64,000 bases of DNA, taken from Cyanobacteriota bacterium. Lineage in GTDB: Bacteria; Cyanobacteriota; Cyanobacteriia; Thermostichales; Thermostichaceae. The stretch is from contig JANRIL010000020.1 in the NCBI GenBank assembly GCA_033764955.1, positions 64,001 through 128,000 of the forward strand, written 5' to 3'. Both the position numbers and the translations under genes were made by a program. Below, piece by piece: positions 59,251-64,000 of this stretch. Numbering within the stretch: position 1 is the first letter of the stretch; every line of letters starts with the position of its first letter. The notes below the pieces were generated by a model that worked only from the letters and a program-made list of their open reading frames with translations, ran no database searches and had not been told where the DNA came from.

Positions 59251-59928
59251 ATGAGTGTTCATGTTTTATTGGTAGAAGATGATGTCAGCTTGGCGCGATC
59301 CATTGAGTTAGAACTGAGCTGTGAAGGCTATCAAGTTACCGTCAAGCATGATGGCTTAGCTGGTTTAACACTAGCGCGGGAGACCCAACCGGATCTGATT
59401 TTATTGGACTGGTCAATGCCAGGGATCTCCGGTTTAGAAGTCTGCCGGCGATTACGCTCCACTGGCAATCTAACGCCGATTATTTTTTTGACCGCTCGCG
59501 GAGAAGTTACGGAACGGGTGACCGGTCTGGATGCCGGAGCGGATGATTATGTGGTCAAGCCCTTCAGTATTGAAGAATTGTTAGCCCGCATCCGTGCCCG
59601 CATTCGCCATACCCAAGAACAAAACGATCATCTTTTACGGTTTGGTGATCTCACCCTCAATCGCACTACCCGTGAAGTGTTACGAGGATCCCGTGCCATT
59701 GATTTAACTCCCACTGAATTTGATTTGCTGGAATATCTGCTGATGCATCCTCGGCAAGTGTTGACCCGCGAGCGCATTTTAGAAAAAGTTTGGGGATATG
59801 ACTTTATGGGCGACTCCAATATTATCGAGGCTTATATTCGATATCTGCGGATCAAACTGGAACAAGAAGGAGAACCCCGCTTACTACAAACAGTGCGGGG
59901 GGTGGGCTATGTTTTGCGAGAATCTTAG
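59251..59928 (+). CDS. OmpR-family response regulator (divergent from the kinase)
   Basis: VLLVEDD, LDWSMP, GADDYVVKPF, YIRYLRIK, TVRGVGY. Confidence 0.92.
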   Translation: MSVHVLLVEDDVSLARSIELELSCEGYQVTVKHDGLAGLTLARETQPDLILLDWSMPGISGLEVCRRLRSTGNLTPIIFLTARGEVTERVTGLDAGADDYVVKPFSIEELLARIRARIRHTQEQNDHLLRFGDLTLNRTTREVLRGSRAIDLTPTEFDLLEYLLMHPRQVLTRERILEKVWGYDFMGDSNIIEAYIRYLRIKLEQEGEPRLLQTVRGVGYVLRES

Positions 59929-60039
59929 TTGAATAACAAGGGATCCCGTCAAGTCAGGGGATCCCTTGCCTGGGGCGTAAAGGGTTTTAGATCAGCCAAC
60001 CCATCACCAAGTATTCAACGCAGATCCAACCAGATCCAA

Positions 60040-60405
60040 CTAGTTGTTAGCTTTGCCAATACGAGCTTTGATAACAGCATCGCGCAAGGCACTGAGTTTG
60101 GCAATTTCTGCATTAGCCTGGTTGAGCATGGCTTCTCCCATCGCCTTAATTTCGGGGTTAGAAGACTGCATCGCCATCAAACCCACCTGCACCATATACA
60201 TGGCTTGCGACATCATTTCATCAACAATAGCCACATCAAAATTGGGATCGGTGGGATCATCAACCGCCATAAAACGATCCCCGCCACTCTTGGCTAAGAG
60301 AATAGTCTCCTCAGTTTCCCAGGAGAGGGGATTGGCAACAGCTACCGATCCAAAAGCCAAGGTGATGAGGCTAGCTAACATCGTAGCTTTCAGTTTTGTC
60401 ATCAT
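60040..60405 (-). CDS. Secreted Met-rich DUF305-like protein
   Basis: Signal peptide (AVA-N); FD...D.M...A..M...A...S.NPEIK.M...M.....EI pattern. Confidence 0.55.
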   Translation of the reverse strand: MMTKLKATMLASLITLAFGSVAVANPLSWETEETILLAKSGGDRFMAVDDPTDPNFDVAIVDEMMSQAMYMVQVGLMAMQSSNPEIKAMGEAMLNQANAEIAKLSALRDAVIKARIGKANN

Positions 60406-60738
60406 GGGATCCAATTCCTTTGTAATTTGAATAGAGAGATTCCTATCCCAATACCCCAATGATCCATGCCATTCAAGAATCAGTAGGCTAAGTGGAAAAG
60501 TAATTTCAAACGGGAGTGTTGAGAATAGAAATCCTACATTCATGAGTATGGAGACTCATCCTGAAAAAACTCTGACAGATTGAGATTCCTTGTCTGAGAA
60601 TTAGCAGAGAGATCACCCAAAAGTTTTGCTGCGAGGAAATATGGAGATATTCTAAAGATTTAATCTGCTTAGATTCTATAGGCTTGTCCTAACATTACGA
60701 TGCCTTAATGAAACGGATCGAAAGCAAATCGAAAGTTT

Positions 60739-61464
60739 TCACGTTAGCTGTACTAACAGAGAAATCGTACCAAAGCCAACCAAAAGTGCCCCACTGGCAT
60801 AGGTCAACCAGCCGGACCAGCGGCGGAGAGTGAGTAGTTGTTTGATCACTGACGTAAACAGTCCCGCCAGCAACAGGGGAGCCACCAAACCCAAGGCATA
60901 AGCAAACAACAGTCCGGCTCCCAGGGGGGCGTTGGCAGTGGTGGAGATCCAGCCCAATAGGGCAATCAAAACCGGAGTGCTACAGGGGGAGGCCACCAAC
61001 CCAAAGGTCAGACCCAGCATCAAGGATTGCCCAGCTTGCGGCCATTCTTTGGAAACTTGCCACTGCCCCAGCCAATTAGGGAAGCGGATAGGCAAAACCT
61101 CCAGAAGATTTAACCCCATGCCAATCGCTACCCCTGCCATCAAAATCCCCCAGAGGGATCCCACTTGCCCATAGATGCGCCCCAGCAAAGCTGCCCCTAA
61201 GCCCAGCCCTGTCAGAGTAATTGCCAGCCCCAGCGTAAACCAAGCGGTTAACCAAGCGGCCTTGCTGCGTTGGTCGGCATAGCCTCCGATATAGCCCACC
61301 GTGATCGGCAGCATCGACAACATGCAAGGGGAAAGGCTGGTGAATAACCCCGCAGCCCAAACGATGGCAAAACTGATAGGAGATAAATGGTGGAGTTGGT
61401 TGGCTACCAATTCTGTTGCCACTTGATCGAGGCGATAAAGCCAAACATGCCAGAACTCAACCAT
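60739..61464 (-). CDS. ccdA: Cytochrome c biogenesis protein CcdA
   Basis: TSLSPCMLSMLP and GLVASPCSTPVL; multiple TM helices. Confidence 0.92.
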   Translation of the reverse strand: MVEFWHVWLYRLDQVATELVANQLHHLSPISFAIVWAAGLFTSLSPCMLSMLPITVGYIGGYADQRSKAAWLTAWFTLGLAITLTGLGLGAALLGRIYGQVGSLWGILMAGVAIGMGLNLLEVLPIRFPNWLGQWQVSKEWPQAGQSLMLGLTFGLVASPCSTPVLIALLGWISTTANAPLGAGLLFAYALGLVAPLLLAGLFTSVIKQLLTLRRWSGWLTYASGALLVGFGTISLLVQLT

Positions 61465-61688
61465 AGCTAGCCGAAATGGGGGATAGGGATCCCGATCATA
61501 GTTCACTTCCTCGATAGCGTCGAAATCCTCTAGTCTTTCCTTCAATTATTAAGCAGGAATTTCTTCCCCTCCTCTAGCATTGGGACGACGGTTGAGGGAG
61601 GGTGAGGGCTGTATCCCTGTTGGCGGGAGGTTATTTTAGAGGGAAGAAAAGGGATTGTTTGGCTAGATTTTTATCGGGAGCATCGATC

Positions 61689-61982
61689 ATGAACGAGGAT
61701 ATGTCTTCTCCACTATTGCGAGATGATCACCATTACGTGTTGCTGTTGCCCAACCTAGACGAACAATTTCTCACCCGCCATGAATTGCAGGAGTTTTTGC
61801 AACAACTGTTGCAGGAATATCCCCATTTGCAGGATGCCGATCTAGCCCGCTATGGCGATCTGGCTAGCCAAGCTGAGCGGGTTATTCAGACCACCTGTTC
61901 CCTAGCCATCAGTGAGGGAGAAACAGTGCAGTGGTACGCTGTCCGTCTCCATAAGCCTGCTCCTCCCCCCCTGCCTACTTAA
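61689..61982 (+). CDS. Chlororespiratory reduction protein 7 (CRR7) homologue, NDH-1 assembly
   Basis: HYVLL.P...EQFLT..EL...C.L.I..G..VQWYAVRL. Confidence 0.82.
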   Translation: MNEDMSSPLLRDDHHYVLLLPNLDEQFLTRHELQEFLQQLLQEYPHLQDADLARYGDLASQAERVIQTTCSLAISEGETVQWYAVRLHKPAPPPLPT

Positions 61983-61990
61983 GGCGGAAC

Positions 61991-62479
61991 TTAGGCGGAG
62001 GTAGTGGTCGGGATCCCTAAGACTGGGCAGGGACAATAGGGAATCAACCCTTGCACAATTGAGTGTTGGGGAGATTGGCAGCCCAAGAGAAGAAGGTTTG
62101 CTCCCGTCTGCTCCGCCACCTGCCGCAACTGGCTAGCAACATCCCCAAATCGTAGATGGGCGCTCAGGGATCCCCTCCATTCATCCGCCAAAACGCGGGC
62201 TTGGTGCAAGATAGCATCGGCAGCCACTACTGCTTGGGGAGCCGCCACATAGACCACATGCACCGTTACTTGTTTTTGGCTGGCGATGCGGGTTTGATGG
62301 GCAATCCAGAGGGTCAGGTCAAGCGCCGTCTGGCTGGCTGGCGATCCGGTATAGCCCACAACAAAATGATGGGTATGGCCGGAGGGAGCGGGATGGCTAC
62401 CGGGAAAGAGCACAACAGGACTGGGAGCATCAGCCGTCAGGCTCGACTCTAGGCGCATCAATAGGGATTTAATCTGCAT
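61991..62479 (-). CDS. Universal stress protein
   Basis: VVGYTGSPASQTALD, HVVYV, RFGD, LLLLG, CPCPVLG. Confidence 0.85.
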   Translation of the reverse strand: MQIKSLLMRLESSLTADAPSPVVLFPGSHPAPSGHTHHFVVGYTGSPASQTALDLTLWIAHQTRIASQKQVTVHVVYVAAPQAVVAADAILHQARVLADEWRGSLSAHLRFGDVASQLRQVAEQTGANLLLLGCQSPQHSIVQGLIPYCPCPVLGIPTTTSA

Positions 62480-62744
62480 GATAATGAAGCTCCTTAACGA
62501 AGGGTGAAGAAACAACAAAAAGTCCTCAACATTAAGACGCCTGCGCTCCTTGCTAGCAACGAATTGAGTGCCAAACCTGAGCGCTCGAATCCCCCAGCCA
62601 GCTAAACATTTGAGCCAGGGGAACGGGCTTGAAGAGAACTCAACAACTGAAGAACCTGAGAAGCAGTGTGCTGCTGTTTAAGCCTGCTTTCTGAAACCAC
62701 CTTTGGACTTGCCAAAGACAGAGGAAATGCTGCTTTTCAGTCTT

Positions 62745-62900
62745 CTCTCAATGCCGACGGGGTTAGCTGACGGGCTGGAGCTAAGAGATGCTCCTCTGGT
62801 TGAGACCAACGGCGACAACCACGATACGCCCCTTGGATTGGATCCCCCGCTTCAGAAAACTTAGGAATGAATTTCCCTTAATTTTCTGAACTAGGCTGAC
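62745..62900 (-). ncRNA. c-di-AMP riboswitch (ydaO/yuaA leader)
   Basis: Minus strand GCGGGGGATCCAATCCAAGGGGCGTATC ... CCCGTCAGCTAACCCCGTCGGC matches the conserved ydaO cores; lies upstream of the usp gene. Confidence 0.88.
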
Positions 62901-63280
62901 TGACTCCATACACCGCCATTAGGTTAGCATCCGTATCTTGCCGGATCAAGGGGTGAACTCAGGGATCCCTGCTAGATGGAGGCTATTCTGTTCCTAAGGC
63001 ATAGATGGCGGCTCAAGGACTACGGAGAAACAGTTTGATAATTGAAGTTCCTTGTTCAAGGGAAACCCCTACCCACCCATTCCTCTCAGGGCTGATTGAC
63101 CTGGGCAGAGAGGCCACGAAATGAAACCGATCCACTCCAGTCCCAGACTGTTCTCTGACGAAAAAGCTTTGGATAGACGGGAACACTGGTGGGATCCTCC
63201 ACTGCCGCTGGGTATCCTAAGGAACAAGTCGGCTGCTATGTTGGTCTTGAAGTTCGTTCAATCTCCCCACCTGAGTTGAC

Positions 63281-64000
63281 ATGATGCTGCCTTCCTCCCT
63301 CTGGCACTGCTGGATTGCCCTAGCGCTGGTTGGACTATCGGGGATCCCACCCGTTAGCGCCCAGTCCCAAAGCGCCTTGAATGCCCAGTTAACGGAAGCC
63401 GTCAACCAGCAAAACTGGTCGCGGGCGATAGCGATTGTGGATGGCATGATTGAAAAAACAACCGACTCCGAAGCCAAAGCCAAATTGACCCGTTATCGAG
63501 CCAGTTTGCGGCAATGCCAGCAAGGGCAGTGTGCCGGCGCAACCGCCCCCACTCCCACCGCCCCCCCCGGTTCCATCACCCCGCCCCCCGCCGCCCCTGT
63601 GGTCGCCCAAGCCCCGCCACCGGCCTCCGCCAACTCGCTCGTGAGTGCCCAACAAAAACTGAAGGCTGGAGATCTGTTAGGGGCGATTGACGAGTTCAGC
63701 GCCGCCCTGCAAACCAATCCAGAATTAGTGGCAGCCTATACAGGGCGAGGCTTAGCTTACTATCGATTGGCGGATTTTCAGGCGGCCAGTCAGGACTTTT
63801 CGGCAGCCCTCGAGCGGGATCCCAATAACGCCAAGCTCTACCAACAACGGGGGGTCACCTTCTTTAAGCTGAATGATTTAACCCGCGCCCTTGAGGATCT
63901 CAACCAGGCCATCGGACGGGATCCCAAACAGGCGGTGCCCTACTACAACCGCAGCCTGATCTATGCCGAGGTTGGCCGCTACGAAGATGCCCGCCAAGAC
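63281..64000 (+). CDS. Secreted tetratricopeptide-repeat protein (runs off the window end)
   Basis: Signal peptide, Pro-rich linker, repeats AYTGRGLAYY / LYQQRGVTFF / YYNRSLIY; open to 64000. Confidence 0.88.
   Translation, partial: MMLPSSLWHCWIALALVGLSGIPPVSAQSQSALNAQLTEAVNQQNWSRAIAIVDGMIEKTTDSEAKAKLTRYRASLRQCQQGQCAGATAPTPTAPPGSITPPPAAPVVAQAPPPASANSLVSAQQKLKAGDLLGAIDEFSAALQTNPELVAAYTGRGLAYYRLADFQAASQDFSAALERDPNNAKLYQQRGVTFFKLNDLTRALEDLNQAIGRDPKQAVPYYNRSLIYAEVGRYEDARQD

Overview
Chromosomal segment of a cyanobacterium. It carries acsF, nblA, a CRR7 homologue and an SLH-OprB porin. The pervasive GGGATCCC octamer points to a Thermostichus/Yellowstone-Synechococcus-like lineage (inference). Most of the window is housekeeping and signalling: gdhA, lptB/lptFG, htpG, MCP-CheA, pnp, class II nrdJ, rtcB, glgC, accC and ccdA. 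The notable non-annotated structures are: (1) an integrase-less integron-type cassette array (three cassettes: P-loop ATPase, cupin, SnoaL-like, with attC hairpins and matching cassette-end core sites) sitting between decayed Mu-like phage gpF (MuF) and gpG genes; (2) related attC-like repeats flanking two other small toxin-antitoxin-type islands, one disrupted by a 90-bp IS630/ISY100-like MITE with a TA duplication; (3) six co-oriented cyanobacterial-type DnaA boxes (TTTTCCACA) between two convergent genes, with no dnaA/dnaN in the window; (4) a c-di-AMP (ydaO/yuaA) riboswitch ahead of a universal stress protein; (5) an orphan ParA plus coiled-coil partner; (6) candidate NtcA, HLR1, Pho and NrdR boxes. 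No rRNA, tRNA or CRISPR array was seen. All calls were made by eye without database searches.
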